A stretch of DNA of 64,000 nucleotides from a virus. Taxonomy: Duplodnaviria; Caudoviricetes. Below the pieces are notes generated by a model. That model ran no database searches. It worked only from the letters and a program-made list of their open reading frames with translations, and was not told the origin of the DNA. The stretch covers positions 206,654 to 270,653 of IMG/VR virus record IMGVR_UViG_3300023283_000076; one strand, written 5' to 3'. Made by a program: the position numbers and the translations under genes. Shown one piece after another: positions 1-10,535 of this stretch (position 1 is the first letter of the stretch; each line of letters opens with the position of its first letter).

Positions 1-2286
1 ATCTTCTTTGGGTTTGCTTTGTTCGTTTTGCCAATCTTCAATAATCCCATCTCTAAATGGCACAAATTTCCATGGAGCATTGCTGTCTTCTCTAAAAAAG
101 TATACATAGGACGTATCAGTTAACATATAATCTAATGAAATTGCGTCCGGTATCCCATTTTCGTTTTCATCTGTGGGTAGAATACTTAAACTATTAAAAT
201 CACATATTCCTTTATCTATACCTTTATCTAGTGTTTTTCCACTAATCACAAAAAAGTTTTTATTTTCGGAAAGAGGATTTCCGTCAGCGCCGATATTTGC
301 TTTCAACACTACAATGTTATCTTTATTAGAATTTAATGTATCAAAGGTTATAACTCGTTCCTCTTCATTAGTAGAAGTAAATATTATTTCTTCGCTATGT
401 GCGGTTAGGTCCTTGGTCTTAAAGGTAACAATCCAACTACTATCTGATTGAGATTCTATAGCTATATCCCATTCATCTGGTTCTGAAGCAATCTGAAAGC
501 TCCATCTGTTATCTTCTTGGTTATTTTGTATGTTTAAATTAAGATATACTGTATTAGGAGTTGATGTTATTACATTGTTTAGTGCAGACGCAAATTCTAA
601 TAGTTCTACTTCCGTAAAGTTAAAGCGTATGAATTCTGGAGCTACACCATCAAGTATCATAGAATTATAAAAGTCTTGTCTTCTGAATATAGGTTCTATA
701 TGATTAAATATTATGGCGTTTGTTAATGGAACATTTAATCCTCCGTCTTCTGCAGGCAAATCATCTGCAAGTATGTTAAATGTTTTTTCTTCTGTTTCAA
801 AAAATAAAACAAGATCGTTACCGAAAAGTTTCACATTTTCATAGTATTCTTTCGGATCATGCCAGCCTATGAATTTAGAATCTCCTGCAAATGTTCTATT
901 TACTGCTCTTAGCTTCAATATACTATTATTTTGAAGCATAAACTCATTATAGTCTCTTCCATTAACCATTCTATCCTGTGTATAATAAACAGAAGGTGCG
1001 ACTTCTCGTATACGTTCTACCGATTCTGTTGGGGCGGAATTTTGTATAGGTGAGAATAAACTAAAAGTAAAAGAAAATGATTCTATACGACCATCTTCAC
1101 CATTGTACGAAAAATCCCCAGATTTATTTTGTATAGAACTCCTTGGAACAAAGAGAGATGAATCTTCACTATCAAATTCTGTTACTCTATACCATGTGTC
1201 AAATTTTCCTGATGGTATATTAGCAAAATTTCCATCGCCAAATAAAAGTCTAACACCATCATTTGCTAAGGTCTCTATTTCATACTTGTTTCTATTTGGG
1301 GATGTATTAAATAATATATTTTGAGAATTTGCTACATCAACCTCTTGCCATTCTCCTTCTCTGGGTTCATTATACCTTTCTCCACCAGATATTACTTCAT
1401 TAGTTTCACTGTCTATGTTATTTAACCATACATCAGTTTCATTAATTGAGGTTGCATCTATAACTCTTTCTTGGTTTGGTAATATTCCGTCAAACTCGAA
1501 TGTTTGTCGCTGTAAGTTTCCTTGTTTTGTTAGAAAAAAGAACCCGGTATTATTAGATGAGTCTCCCAATCCGTCACTTGCATATAGTATATTTAATTTT
1601 TGATTCCTTTCTGGTCTTTTTTCTTGAGGACCAAACTCAGTCAAATCAGAGCTTACTAATTCCATACTATGCGTGACATTAGAAACAGTTACGTTATATT
1701 GTATGGTTTCGCTCTGTAATGGATTATTTGTTAATGTATAAAGTTCAAATAATACATCTTGTACTTGTACTCTATCAGATGGTAAAACGGTTCCAAATTT
1801 CTGTTCCATAACCTTTTCCATGACCAATATGAACTGTTCTTTCCAATCATCATTGTTAGGATCATTCCAAAATATGGTTTTATTAGTTAGATTATTTCCT
1901 TTACTATCAAAAACAGTTTCTGTAGTGCTTATAGATGTTATTTTTACGAGACCTCTAGCAGGTATTAATCTAGATGGGTTATATGATATGTATTTTGCTA
2001 ACCTTAACACTGATTCTTTTCTTTCTGCAGTAGATAAGAAGTTTTCATGCGTATTAAGGTCTATTCTATATGCTAATAGTTCTCCCAGATACGAAAACAG
2101 TTCTATTATGGCTATCATATCTGAAGTTTCAATATAATCATTGAAATCTTCTGGATAGTATAATTTAAGATAATCAACCATAGATTGTTTTATGGTTTCA
2201 TAATCCCACGCCTTAAAATTTATTTCCTGAAAGGCATCATATGCTCTTTCCCAGTTTTCCGCTATGTTAGGTTGTCTTTTATCCAT
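1..2286 (-). CDS. gp6: Baseplate wedge subunit, T4 gp6-like (partial, runs off window start; absent from ORF track)
   Basis: Translated by hand from ATG at 2286: MDKRQPNIAENWERAYDAFQEINFKAWDYETIKQSMVDYLK...LAYRIDLNTHENFLSTAERKESVLRLAKYISYNP, the gp6-type N-terminus; follows gp25; frame still open at position 1. Confidence 0.85.
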   Translation of the reverse strand, partial: MDKRQPNIAENWERAYDAFQEINFKAWDYETIKQSMVDYLKLYYPEDFNDYIETSDMIAIIELFSYLGELLAYRIDLNTHENFLSTAERKESVLRLAKYISYNPSRLIPARGLVKITSISTTETVFDSKGNNLTNKTIFWNDPNNDDWKEQFILVMEKVMEQKFGTVLPSDRVQVQDVLFELYTLTNNPLQSETIQYNVTVSNVTHSMELVSSDLTEFGPQEKRPERNQKLNILYASDGLGDSSNNTGFFFLTKQGNLQRQTFEFDGILPNQERVIDATSINETDVWLNNIDSETNEVISGGERYNEPREGEWQEVDVANSQNILFNTSPNRNKYEIETLANDGVRLLFGDGNFANIPSGKFDTWYRVTEFDSEDSSLFVPRSSIQNKSGDFSYNGEDGRIESFSFTFSLFSPIQNSAPTESVERIREVAPSVYYTQDRMVNGRDYNEFMLQNNSILKLRAVNRTFAGDSKFIGWHDPKEYYENVKLFGNDLVLFFETEEKTFNILADDLPAEDGGLNVPLTNAIIFNHIEPIFRRQDFYNSMILDGVAPEFIRFNFTEVELLEFASALNNVITSTPNTVYLNLNIQNNQEDNRWSFQIASEPDEWDIAIESQSDSSWIVTFKTKDLTAHSEEIIFTSTNEEERVITFDTLNSNKDNIVVLKANIGADGNPLSENKNFFVISGKTLDKGIDKGICDFNSLSILPTDENENGIPDAISLDYMLTDTSYVYFFREDSNAPWKFVPFRDGIIEDWQNEQSKPKED

Positions 2287-2290
2287 TTAA

Positions 2291-2665
2291 TCATCCAAAA
2301 AAATCTAGTCGTATGTCTAATGTATCATTGAAATTTAGTTCTACATAAAGAAATTCTATTCGTATATTTACCGTTTTGGCATCTGGTTCTGGTTCTATTG
2401 AAAAATTTATTGGTTCTATTCTTGGATCGAAATTTACAATTTCTATGACATCTTCCTCTATTATTGATAATGTTTCTTCATCTAAGGGTTCAAATAATAA
2501 ATCCGGTATTCTAGAACCAAAACGGGGCATCATTACTCTCTCACCGCGTCGTGTAAAAATAAAATTTAATAAATCCTGTTTTACTAAATCAGAATCTTTA
2601 AGCATTATGCTTTTGTTATTTTTATATTGGTTAAAGGATATTCCTTTGTAAAAAATCTGGTCCAT
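2291..2665 (-). CDS. gp25: Baseplate wedge subunit gp25
   Basis: DLLNFIFTRRGERVMMPRFGSRIPDLLFEP...NFDPRI is the GPW/gp25 family signature. Confidence 0.92.
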   Translation of the reverse strand: MDQIFYKGISFNQYKNNKSIMLKDSDLVKQDLLNFIFTRRGERVMMPRFGSRIPDLLFEPLDEETLSIIEEDVIEIVNFDPRIEPINFSIEPEPDAKTVNIRIEFLYVELNFNDTLDIRLDFFG

Positions 2666-2693
2666 TAAATTTATATATTTTGTAGGTCAATTA

Positions 2694-2701
2694 TATTTAT
2701 A
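2694..2701 (-). promoter_or_regulatory. T4-type late promoter TATAAATA
   Basis: Exact T4 late consensus 28 nt upstream of the gp25 ATG. Confidence 0.7.
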
Positions 2702-2707
2702 TAATTT

Positions 2708-3046
2708 TTACCTTCTCCAAAGCGGGCCTCTTTCTATAGTTTCGTCACCTTCAACTCTCCCTATGGGTTCTGCGGTTTGTCTACTCTCTTTGTTCGTATA
2801 CTGATCTATCCAATCTACATTGTTTTTATAACCATCACTCTCTTGATCAACGGTATCCCCTCCGTCTATTTTAAGCACTCTAGGCCACGGTTCATGCATT
2901 GGAACTCTATTAGTCCAAGGAGATATTTCGGATAGAGAAACTTTGGATTTTTCTGCTAAAGGAGGTTGTACAGATTGAAAACGTGGGGCAAAGTTTTCAA
3001 ATTCCTGTACTACGTCTTCGTTTATTGTCCATTCATTGGTATTCAT
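2708..3046 (-). CDS. Small baseplate/spike-associated protein, translationally coupled to gp5
   Basis: 112 aa; ATGA overlap with gp5 stop; RVPMHEPW motif. Confidence 0.6.
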   Translation of the reverse strand: MNTNEWTINEDVVQEFENFAPRFQSVQPPLAEKSKVSLSEISPWTNRVPMHEPWPRVLKIDGGDTVDQESDGYKNNVDWIDQYTNKESRQTAEPIGRVEGDETIERGPLWRR

Positions 3047-5580
3047 GTTAATCCATCTAATCCTTGCGAGTATCCTTGATATATAGAAGCGGTGTCTGTT
3101 AATTGACTATAGTCAAATGCATTTACTGCACTTGGATCTTCTTGTACCAGTTTATTTAAACTATCTATTGTCCTAGAGTGGTCATTTAATTCATTTTCGA
3201 GTTCTGTGACCGGTTCAACTTCTTCAAATCCTACATTTGTATTGTGTGAATCCGCTAAGCTGTTGAATTCTGCTACATTATCCCGCAGATTGCCTATTTC
3301 TGCAGTATATCTGGCAATTTCTTGTCCATTGTCTGTTACTGTTATACTTGCCAAATTTGACAAAGAGAAGTTAATTTCGTCGACCACTCCCTTTATTTGT
3401 CCTATTGAAGAGTCAAACGCAGCCTCTCCGGTTGCCAACGCTGAGGAGAAGCTGTTTAACGAGAGATCTAACTTATCTTTATGTCTATCTGCCCAATCTT
3501 TAAAGTTGTCCAATGTCCATCCGCCCAAATCTATGTTTATCGCTCCGAACATGTTTGTGGGAAGAGGGTTAAAGTTACTTATTTCTAATGGGTCTGCAAT
3601 ATTTATACAGAAATCAAAATCAAACTCTGGAAGATCAATGGCCGGGAATCTAAATGATGGAGGACGAGGAAATGATGGAAGAGCGGGTATTGTAAAACCA
3701 TCCGGAAGTGGTACTAACCAACTATCAACCATTCCTTGTAATCTATCCTGAACAGTGAAAACCAAATCGTTTACATTTGTTTCCAGTTGTTCCAATCCTT
3801 TGTTGATATCTGAAACTCTTGTATCAAGTTTTCCGGTTATGTCACTTATACCACCTTGTACTTTCATGAATACATCTTCTACTGCATCCATGTTTATACC
3901 AACAGGGTCAAATGAGACATTTACACCTCCGTCTATTCTAAGACATTGACTTGATATGGGTTGACCGTCAATTGCCGGTTCACCGTCGATAACTTCAAAC
4001 CCGTTATATACTTGTTGTGCAATTTCTTTAGTACTTTGCATAACCGCTTGTCCCACAGTAAATATATTGATTGCTGGGTTTCTCATTGTTATTTGATTTT
4101 GTCCCTCGTTAGATTTAAGTTTCATGTTTTTCTCTATAGCCTCTAACGTCATATCACCTTCAAATGATTTCAGTGTCATTTCTAGTTGTGATCCAATATC
4201 TACCTTTCCAGTATAAGAGTATATTTCAGTGTCATTAACCGCTTGAATTATATTGTCATCACCAGAAAATATCGATGTATCGCCCGAAACATTGTGATAA
4301 TAATCCCCATCTATAGATATATTATAATTGCCATCGTTTACAATGAAGTCCACACCTGATTCTACTTGTGTTTTTAAACTATCTCCTATGCTTATAAATG
4401 AATTTTTTCCGATTTCTGCAAAAGAATCTTCTTTGATTAAACTTCGAAAATTCTTTTCTACCATTAAATGTGTATCTCCTGTAGAGTGAAATCGGATTTC
4501 ACCATCTTCGGGTTTTCCTTCATCTAACTCTACCTGTTTTTTGGTGTCTCCCGAGTACATGTATATACCCTTTTTAGCTTTAACGCGAAAGGATTCATCA
4601 GTAGAAAAATTTATATCCTTTTCAGCATGCACGGATATTCGTCGTTTGGAATATACATCTATATTTCCATTACTGTCAAATTCTACAACATTGTTTCCTT
4701 CGTTTGTAGAAAGATATATTCTTTCATTTGTGTCATCAAATATTAATTGGTGGCCAGTAGCAGAACGTATTCTTATCCTGTTATTATATGCTCGATCATC
4801 CATGGAGATTGCATGGAAGCCCGGGGTTGACCATCCATATACTTTAGAGGATAAAAAAGACCCAAGTGCTTTATTAGACGACCAATCATACCCATGAGCA
4901 CCCAGAATATCCTTTACCCATTCATCACTTTCTTCTTCTGATATTCCTTCATATTGTTCATCTAAATATTCTTCTAGATTTTCTGCTGGTATGGGGCCAT
5001 CTTCTGGTATCGCACATGCCTGATACTCTGCCTGTCTTGTTTTCCATTCTCTAGATTCTCTATTATTCTCAAATGCTTTACCTGCATTTGTATAATATGG
5101 CTCTATGGGGTTGCATTTTGATGATAGTGGACCATCTGGTTCTCCATTGCCGTCCCATTTGTATCTTCCATGTAATAGAGTATGAGTTTCTTGATGACTG
5201 GGTATACATCCAAGCCAAACTCGTCGTCTTTCATCACCATCTATTTTTGCGACAAGTACCACTGCACCTTGTTCTGGTACTCCCCAAAAACCATATGATA
5301 CAGCCCCTCCAGTTTTTTCTGGTCCCTTTCCTGCACCTCTAGTAAATTCTGAGTTGGAAATTGTTCCGGCCAATGGGGATGCACATACAGCCCACGGGAG
5401 GTGATGCAATTTCTTGGGACTATCATTTAAATTGGGACAATATACCCTAAGACGTCCGTTTTGTAATGGATCGTCCGTATCTACCACAACACCTACAGTT
5501 ATTGAATCATGTGCAATGGTTCCTCTGCCGACATCAAGTTGTTCGTTTACTATTTTTAATAAAGTTGTTGAATCTAACAT
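3043..5580 (-). CDS. gp5: Baseplate central spike gp5-like (OB fold + beta-helix, long C-terminal extension, no recognisable lysozyme)
   Basis: VGVVVDTDDPLQNGRLRVYCP (gp5 OB fold); GHQLIFDDTNERIYL/GNNVVEFDSNGNI beta-helix entry; baseplate context. Confidence 0.82.
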   Translation of the reverse strand: MLDSTTLLKIVNEQLDVGRGTIAHDSITVGVVVDTDDPLQNGRLRVYCPNLNDSPKKLHHLPWAVCASPLAGTISNSEFTRGAGKGPEKTGGAVSYGFWGVPEQGAVVLVAKIDGDERRRVWLGCIPSHQETHTLLHGRYKWDGNGEPDGPLSSKCNPIEPYYTNAGKAFENNRESREWKTRQAEYQACAIPEDGPIPAENLEEYLDEQYEGISEEESDEWVKDILGAHGYDWSSNKALGSFLSSKVYGWSTPGFHAISMDDRAYNNRIRIRSATGHQLIFDDTNERIYLSTNEGNNVVEFDSNGNIDVYSKRRISVHAEKDINFSTDESFRVKAKKGIYMYSGDTKKQVELDEGKPEDGEIRFHSTGDTHLMVEKNFRSLIKEDSFAEIGKNSFISIGDSLKTQVESGVDFIVNDGNYNISIDGDYYHNVSGDTSIFSGDDNIIQAVNDTEIYSYTGKVDIGSQLEMTLKSFEGDMTLEAIEKNMKLKSNEGQNQITMRNPAINIFTVGQAVMQSTKEIAQQVYNGFEVIDGEPAIDGQPISSQCLRIDGGVNVSFDPVGINMDAVEDVFMKVQGGISDITGKLDTRVSDINKGLEQLETNVNDLVFTVQDRLQGMVDSWLVPLPDGFTIPALPSFPRPPSFRFPAIDLPEFDFDFCINIADPLEISNFNPLPTNMFGAINIDLGGWTLDNFKDWADRHKDKLDLSLNSFSSALATGEAAFDSSIGQIKGVVDEINFSLSNLASITVTDNGQEIARYTAEIGNLRDNVAEFNSLADSHNTNVGFEEVEPVTELENELNDHSRTIDSLNKLVQEDPSAVNAFDYSQLTDTASIYQGYSQGLDGLT

Positions 5581-5584
5581 GTTA

Positions 5585-7462
5585 TTATACCAATACGTCC
5601 GTTCTTAATAAGAAAAGCTTTTGAAAAAAAGATCCAGCTTTTATTACATTCTCTATTTTATATATGTGCATCCATTCACTATGATAAAATGCACTTTCTA
5701 CTGTTGAGTCAGTATCTTCTATTGGGTTGTGTTTAATAATTACTTTAGCATATATAGGAAGAACCTCTGGCTTTTCATAGTATATTGCATTACCGGGATC
5801 TCCAGCGGCTGCATCTCTAGGGGATCTAAATATATCCGATAACAAATTCGGGTTCCCTCGTATAGTTATTTCCAGTGAGGATTGTTGTGTATTTTGTACA
5901 GGATATTTTATTTTTATATTGTCTGCTAATTCTCTTGGATATTCTACTCCAAGAGTTTTAATATTTAACACATTTGCACGATTTCCACTATAACCCGCTT
6001 TGAAGAAGTTGATATTAGGTTCTCTTTCTGCACTTATTTCTTCTCGCTCTGCACCAAAAGAAAGTCTTCCGGCTTCCGTATCTATTACGTCTTCAATTAC
6101 CAACAGAGAATCAGATCTACGTAATATTCCATTCACTGTCATAATGTCGTCACGATTTATCATGTTTCCATCTTCTGAAGATTCGCCTGTTTCTGAATTG
6201 GCCGACTGGGCCGATTGATCAGCGTTTCCGGCTCCTTTGAAGAAAAATGTCAAGGGATCTTTCGATGATTCAGCAGCATCTCCACTGTTAAATCCATCTA
6301 CTTTATTTATCGGCAAAAAATAGCTTTTTACCCATATATCATATTTAACTTCATTGAGCAGTCGTCTCCATGTTAATCCAACTTTATAATCTCTCCGGGC
6401 ACCGTTTCCACCTGCGCCGCCCCTAGCTTCTACACCAACCTGTTTAGAATACTCCATCATTCGATCTACTGTATCTTGTATATTTTCTCCATAGCGTGTC
6501 GGTATTGCCCGTACACCGGGAAGATTTTGTCTTTGTTCTGGTTGTTCAAACGGAAGGTTTCTATTATTGATTAAAAACGGTTCAAATACATCATCTAAAT
6601 GCATTATATATTCTATGGGCAATTCTTCTGCTTTTATTTGTATGGGATCTTTGATTTTATCAGTAAAATCTTCACGTATTATACCTTGCCAGTGTTGATA
6701 CTGTTTATCATGCAATTTATTATTTTCGTTTAGTTCCAGTTCTAATGCTTCAAACGCTTGTTTAAGATTTTCCATTGGTTTACTTTTTTCTATTCGTTCA
6801 AGTCGTTTGCTTTCTTTTTCAGAATCTTCATCCTTCCTAGGTTTTATAGAACCTTCGCTTGGATCGGCTTCCGGGATTTCATCATGTAACGCACCATCTT
6901 TATGTGTGATTGTCGTATTATATATTCTAGTAAAATTTGTATAATGTGCTTTTGCGTTATATAATGGAACTATATCTGCAATATAAAAATGCATATTCCC
7001 TGTTAGTTTGTGTTCTATTTGGGATATAGAAAAGAAGAGTCTATTCGGTGATATTATGTCATCTTCGTCATTATCGGGTATGAAAAATAATTTCATGGAA
7101 AATGTTATATTTTCTAGAGAGGTGTCTAGTTTCTCTAATATCTCTGTTTTTAAAAATGTTAAAAACTCACCAGCAGTAGTGTCCGTTATGATTAAATTGC
7201 CGCCAGAGCTTGTAGTGTTTATATGTTCTCCCACCCAATTAAAATCGAATCTAAAATCCTTCACTAAAAATCTGCTAGGTGCGATTCTTTCCCTTATAGA
7301 ATCGTTAATCATAACAATACCGGGTCCCGCAGGCGCACCCTCGGGGCCATCTCCTAAAGATAAGTCTCGTTGTTCTGCCTCGTCGGTTCTTTTAAATGCC
7401 GCTATTACATAATATGTGGTATAACTATTGGGGGATTCTAATGGATTTACTGGTAACGACAT
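5585..7462 (-). CDS. Probable baseplate hub protein (gp27-like position)
   Basis: 625 aa between gp53-like and gp5; C-terminal LEITIRGNP...IYKIENVIKAGSFFQKLFL resembles hub C-termini. Confidence 0.5.
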   Translation of the reverse strand: MSLPVNPLESPNSYTTYYVIAAFKRTDEAEQRDLSLGDGPEGAPAGPGIVMINDSIRERIAPSRFLVKDFRFDFNWVGEHINTTSSGGNLIITDTTAGEFLTFLKTEILEKLDTSLENITFSMKLFFIPDNDEDDIISPNRLFFSISQIEHKLTGNMHFYIADIVPLYNAKAHYTNFTRIYNTTITHKDGALHDEIPEADPSEGSIKPRKDEDSEKESKRLERIEKSKPMENLKQAFEALELELNENNKLHDKQYQHWQGIIREDFTDKIKDPIQIKAEELPIEYIMHLDDVFEPFLINNRNLPFEQPEQRQNLPGVRAIPTRYGENIQDTVDRMMEYSKQVGVEARGGAGGNGARRDYKVGLTWRRLLNEVKYDIWVKSYFLPINKVDGFNSGDAAESSKDPLTFFFKGAGNADQSAQSANSETGESSEDGNMINRDDIMTVNGILRRSDSLLVIEDVIDTEAGRLSFGAEREEISAEREPNINFFKAGYSGNRANVLNIKTLGVEYPRELADNIKIKYPVQNTQQSSLEITIRGNPNLLSDIFRSPRDAAAGDPGNAIYYEKPEVLPIYAKVIIKHNPIEDTDSTVESAFYHSEWMHIYKIENVIKAGSFFQKLFLLRTDVLV

Positions 7463-7839
7463 TATTGTTCTATGGGTTCTTTTTGTATATTTCTATTTAC
7501 AAGTGAAGATAGCGTGCGATCAACATCAGGTAATAATATTTCTTTACCTGTTATAAACTCTTCTTCAATGTCTACTATATTATTATATTGAAGTACTAAC
7601 CAAAATAAATTCGATTTTCTGTATACTCTAAATGCCAACAAATCTGGTCTTTTAGAAAATACTTCTGGTATTGTTATGCGTATGTCAGTAGCAGTATTTT
7701 TTTGAAGTGGTCTACGTTCCCACCATCCTAGTTTGTTTCCTTTGATTTCAGTATCACCACCATTTAACATTCTAGAATTTCTTTTTGCTAATGATGTTTT
7801 GTCTCTAAAAAGTTTAAATCTGTTGTTTTTACCAGCCAC
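7462..7839 (-). CDS. gp53: Baseplate wedge gp53-like / LysM-type protein
   Basis: RPDLLAFRVYRKSNLFWLVLQYNNIVD...GKEILLP motif. Confidence 0.72.
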   Translation of the reverse strand: MAGKNNRFKLFRDKTSLAKRNSRMLNGGDTEIKGNKLGWWERRPLQKNTATDIRITIPEVFSKRPDLLAFRVYRKSNLFWLVLQYNNIVDIEEEFITGKEILLPDVDRTLSSLVNRNIQKEPIEQ

Positions 7840-8461
7840 CTAATTCACCTCTTCTAAATTTATCTATATCAAACTGTCTTAATTCGTTTATTGATCTAGC
7901 TTCTTTTAATGACACCGAAACAGGCCAAATTATTGGTACATCATGTCCGTTGTCAGTTCTTATATAATCGACATCCTCGGGTTCTTCAATAGTAAGACTA
8001 GTTATTCTAACTTTAATACTATTAAACCAATTACCAAATCCTCTTAGTGTTAGTCTTGATGGGGTTTTAAGAGCATTTAACCCTCCTCCCGATTGTTCTG
8101 GCATTCTCCATGATCGTAATAGTTGAACGCTTTTCCAACTTTTACGTGCTTCTGATTTGGATCTGGAAACAAAACGCCCATTTATGGAGAACTCTCTACT
8201 AGGTGTTCCCATGTATATAAGCATGTTTGCCGCTTGTCGTATATCCCCAATTTCAAAATAAGACACACTCCCGGATTCTGAAAGTGTAGGTTGAATATCA
8301 AACTCTACTTTACCGGTTTCTTCCCCTTGCACTGGTACTTGAGCTTGGACGCCCGCAATCCCGGTGGGAACTGATCTAGTAGTACCAGTACTTTCATCAA
8401 TATCATTACCAGTTAATGTTATTTTTCTATTTGAAGGAATTCTTGATGCGTTAGCTGCCAT
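7829..8461 (-). CDS. Tail-tube initiator / baseplate protein (gp48/gp54-like)
   Basis: IYMGTPSREFSINGRF and P-x-L-TL-G-GNWF...V-ITSL...PEDVDY pattern; first gene of baseplate operon. Confidence 0.55.
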   Translation of the reverse strand: MAANASRIPSNRKITLTGNDIDESTGTTRSVPTGIAGVQAQVPVQGEETGKVEFDIQPTLSESGSVSYFEIGDIRQAANMLIYMGTPSREFSINGRFVSRSKSEARKSWKSVQLLRSWRMPEQSGGGLNALKTPSRLTLRGFGNWFNSIKVRITSLTIEEPEDVDYIRTDNGHDVPIIWPVSVSLKEARSINELRQFDIDKFRRGELGGW

Positions 8462-8490
8462 ATTTTTTTCTTACGTTTAAATGTTGTACA

Positions 8491-8498
8491 TATTTATC
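8491..8498 (-). promoter_or_regulatory. Late promoter GATAAATA (baseplate operon)
   Basis: nATAAATA 29 nt upstream of ATG at 8461. Confidence 0.6.
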
Positions 8499-8536
8499 CG
8501 TTTAAAGTGTTTCTAATTTCATCTTTATAAGTATAG

Positions 8537-8544
8537 GATAAATA
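8537..8544 (+). promoter_or_regulatory. Late promoter GATAAATA (divergent)
   Basis: nATAAATA 26 nt upstream of ATG at 8571. Confidence 0.6.
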
Positions 8545-8570
8545 TTGTTTAGTATTAGAATTAATTAATT

Positions 8571-9569
8571 ATGCAAGAAAACAATAAACAACCTAATCCT
8601 CTTATAGAAAAGAGTAGGGCAGCTATTCCGGGTGTTGTATTTCGTCTTCCCTCACGAGGGAAAATATATGATGAGGGTGTATTAGACGAAGGTGTAGAAG
8701 AAGGCGAGGTGCTAGTATATCCAATGCGCCTAAAAGAGGAACTCAAAATGAAATCAGTGGATTCTATCTTACAAGGAACTGCTGTTTCTGATTCTATTAA
8801 ATATTGTGTTCCTGAAGTGTTAGATCCTTTGAAATTGTGCCCGGAAGATGTTGATTATTTAATAACAACAATTAAAAAAATGACTCATGGTAGTACGTTT
8901 AAATTTAAAGATACTTGCATGAAATTAGAAGACCATACAAATATTCCTACACCAGATAATGCATTATCTGAAATGAGTGAAGAAAATAGAACAAGTAATA
9001 TTGAACTCCCCGAAGATGTCTCTCAAGATGACTCTGAGGGTTCTGAAAACAAAGCTGACACGCAAGATGCAATTAAAAAAGAAAATATAAACAATCTTGG
9101 AGAAAATAGTAGCGTATGTGAATTTAACGTGTCTTTGGATTTTTTTCTTAATAATGCAAAAGAACTTAATATTGATGAATATAAAGAAAAAAATGCATTA
9201 ACATTGAATGGATTTAATATAGAATTTCATCCCATCACATTTGAAGCGTTTAAAGAATTAAATACGTTAAATCTTAAAGACCAAACTAAAATGGATGATG
9301 AAGAATATTTTAATTTTATAAATGAATTTAGTAATGTTAATATAGCTAGAAGAATTAAAAAAGTTGATGATATATCAGATCCAAATATTATATCTGAATG
9401 GGTAGAAACGTTATCTTTAAGTGATAGAGAAAAAATATTTAATAAGGTAGCTGAACTGCAAGACTGGGGTATAGACTTTTCGTATAATATTAAATGTAAT
9501 ACATGCGGGAAAACTAAAAAAACGGATCAATCATATATAAATCCGTTGTATTTTTTTTTAATATACTAA
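8571..9569 (+). CDS. gp26: Baseplate hub assembly protein gp26-like, with acidic insertion
   Basis: RLPSRGKIY...VYPMRLKEELKM...L-PEDVDYL; C-terminal CNTCGK zinc knuckle and INPLYFF end. Confidence 0.75.
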   Translation: MQENNKQPNPLIEKSRAAIPGVVFRLPSRGKIYDEGVLDEGVEEGEVLVYPMRLKEELKMKSVDSILQGTAVSDSIKYCVPEVLDPLKLCPEDVDYLITTIKKMTHGSTFKFKDTCMKLEDHTNIPTPDNALSEMSEENRTSNIELPEDVSQDDSEGSENKADTQDAIKKENINNLGENSSVCEFNVSLDFFLNNAKELNIDEYKEKNALTLNGFNIEFHPITFEAFKELNTLNLKDQTKMDDEEYFNFINEFSNVNIARRIKKVDDISDPNIISEWVETLSLSDREKIFNKVAELQDWGIDFSYNIKCNTCGKTKKTDQSYINPLYFFLIY

Positions 9570-9601
9570 AGATCGGAAATACTGAGGAAATTACAAAATA
9601 T

Positions 9602-9808
9602 ATGAAAGCCCTGCAAAAGGGTAGCAGAAATCTTATACAATCTGCTATACATATATCATATTTCATGCGTGGAGGCATTCAGTATGAAGATGTACTTGAA
9701 AGAACTTTCTTTGAAAGAAGCGAAATGATAGATTACATAAATGATAGGATAAAACGTGAATCAGAAAAATGCAGGGAGAGTAAAGGAAAGCTCCCGCCAA
9801 TATACTAA
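9602..9808 (+). CDS. gp51: Baseplate hub assembly catalyst gp51-like
   Basis: 68 aa after gp26; YFMRGGIQYEDVLERTFFER pattern. Confidence 0.55.
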   Translation: MKALQKGSRNLIQSAIHISYFMRGGIQYEDVLERTFFERSEMIDYINDRIKRESEKCRESKGKLPPIY

Positions 9809-10505
9809 TATAATTTCTATAGACCCATCCACCAGTTGTACTGGATTATGTATAAATGGAAAGTTATATACTATTGTTCAACACGAACTCGCATATACTA
9901 AAAAAGATAAAGCAAAACGATGGTTCGAACTTTCTTCTTCGTTCTGTGATATAATAACATATAATAAAAGATCTAAAACCGGTTCTTATTCAGAAGAAGA
10001 AATATCAAAACTTGAGTATTATTATAATATAACCGATCATATAATTAATGTAATAAAATCTAACGTTGTTGATTTTAAAAATTCAGTTGTTTTAATAGAA
10101 GGATTTAGCTATGGTTCGTCTTCTGGTCATTTAATAGATTTAGTTGGTCTTTCTACTCTAGTCAGATCAAGATTATGGAATATGGGTTTTAATATAAAAA
10201 TTATAGCACCCGCAGACTTAAAAGCAATGACTGCAAGATTAAGTTACGACCCTATAGATGTTGGCAAAAAGAAACCTAAATTAGAGTGGAGAAACAATAG
10301 TGGTGTGTCTGGTGGATCCTTTGATAAACATGATATGTATTCAGCAATATTAGACAGTAGTAAAACAAACTCAAAATGGAAAACATTTTTACAAGAATAT
10401 TCAGATGAAATATTGAACATGAAAAATGTTCCAAAACCTATAGATGATATTAATGATGCGTTTTTATTATATAAAATATTTAAAGAGAGTTTAACCCCCC
10501 GATAA
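9756..10505 (+). CDS. ruvC: RuvC-like Holliday junction resolvase / RNase H-fold nuclease
   Basis: ISIDPSTSCTG, VLIEGFSYG and DDINDAF acidic catalytic motifs; GTG start with AGGA SD. Confidence 0.75.
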   Translation: MNQKNAGRVKESSRQYTNIISIDPSTSCTGLCINGKLYTIVQHELAYTKKDKAKRWFELSSSFCDIITYNKRSKTGSYSEEEISKLEYYYNITDHIINVIKSNVVDFKNSVVLIEGFSYGSSSGHLIDLVGLSTLVRSRLWNMGFNIKIIAPADLKAMTARLSYDPIDVGKKKPKLEWRNNSGVSGGSFDKHDMYSAILDSSKTNSKWKTFLQEYSDEILNMKNVPKPIDDINDAFLLYKIFKESLTPR

Positions 10506-10508
10506 ATA
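10501..10508 (+). promoter_or_regulatory. Late promoter GATAAATA
   Basis: 27 nt upstream of ATG at 10536. Confidence 0.55.
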
Positions 10509-10535
10509 GTTTAATACTGTTCAATTATATATAAG

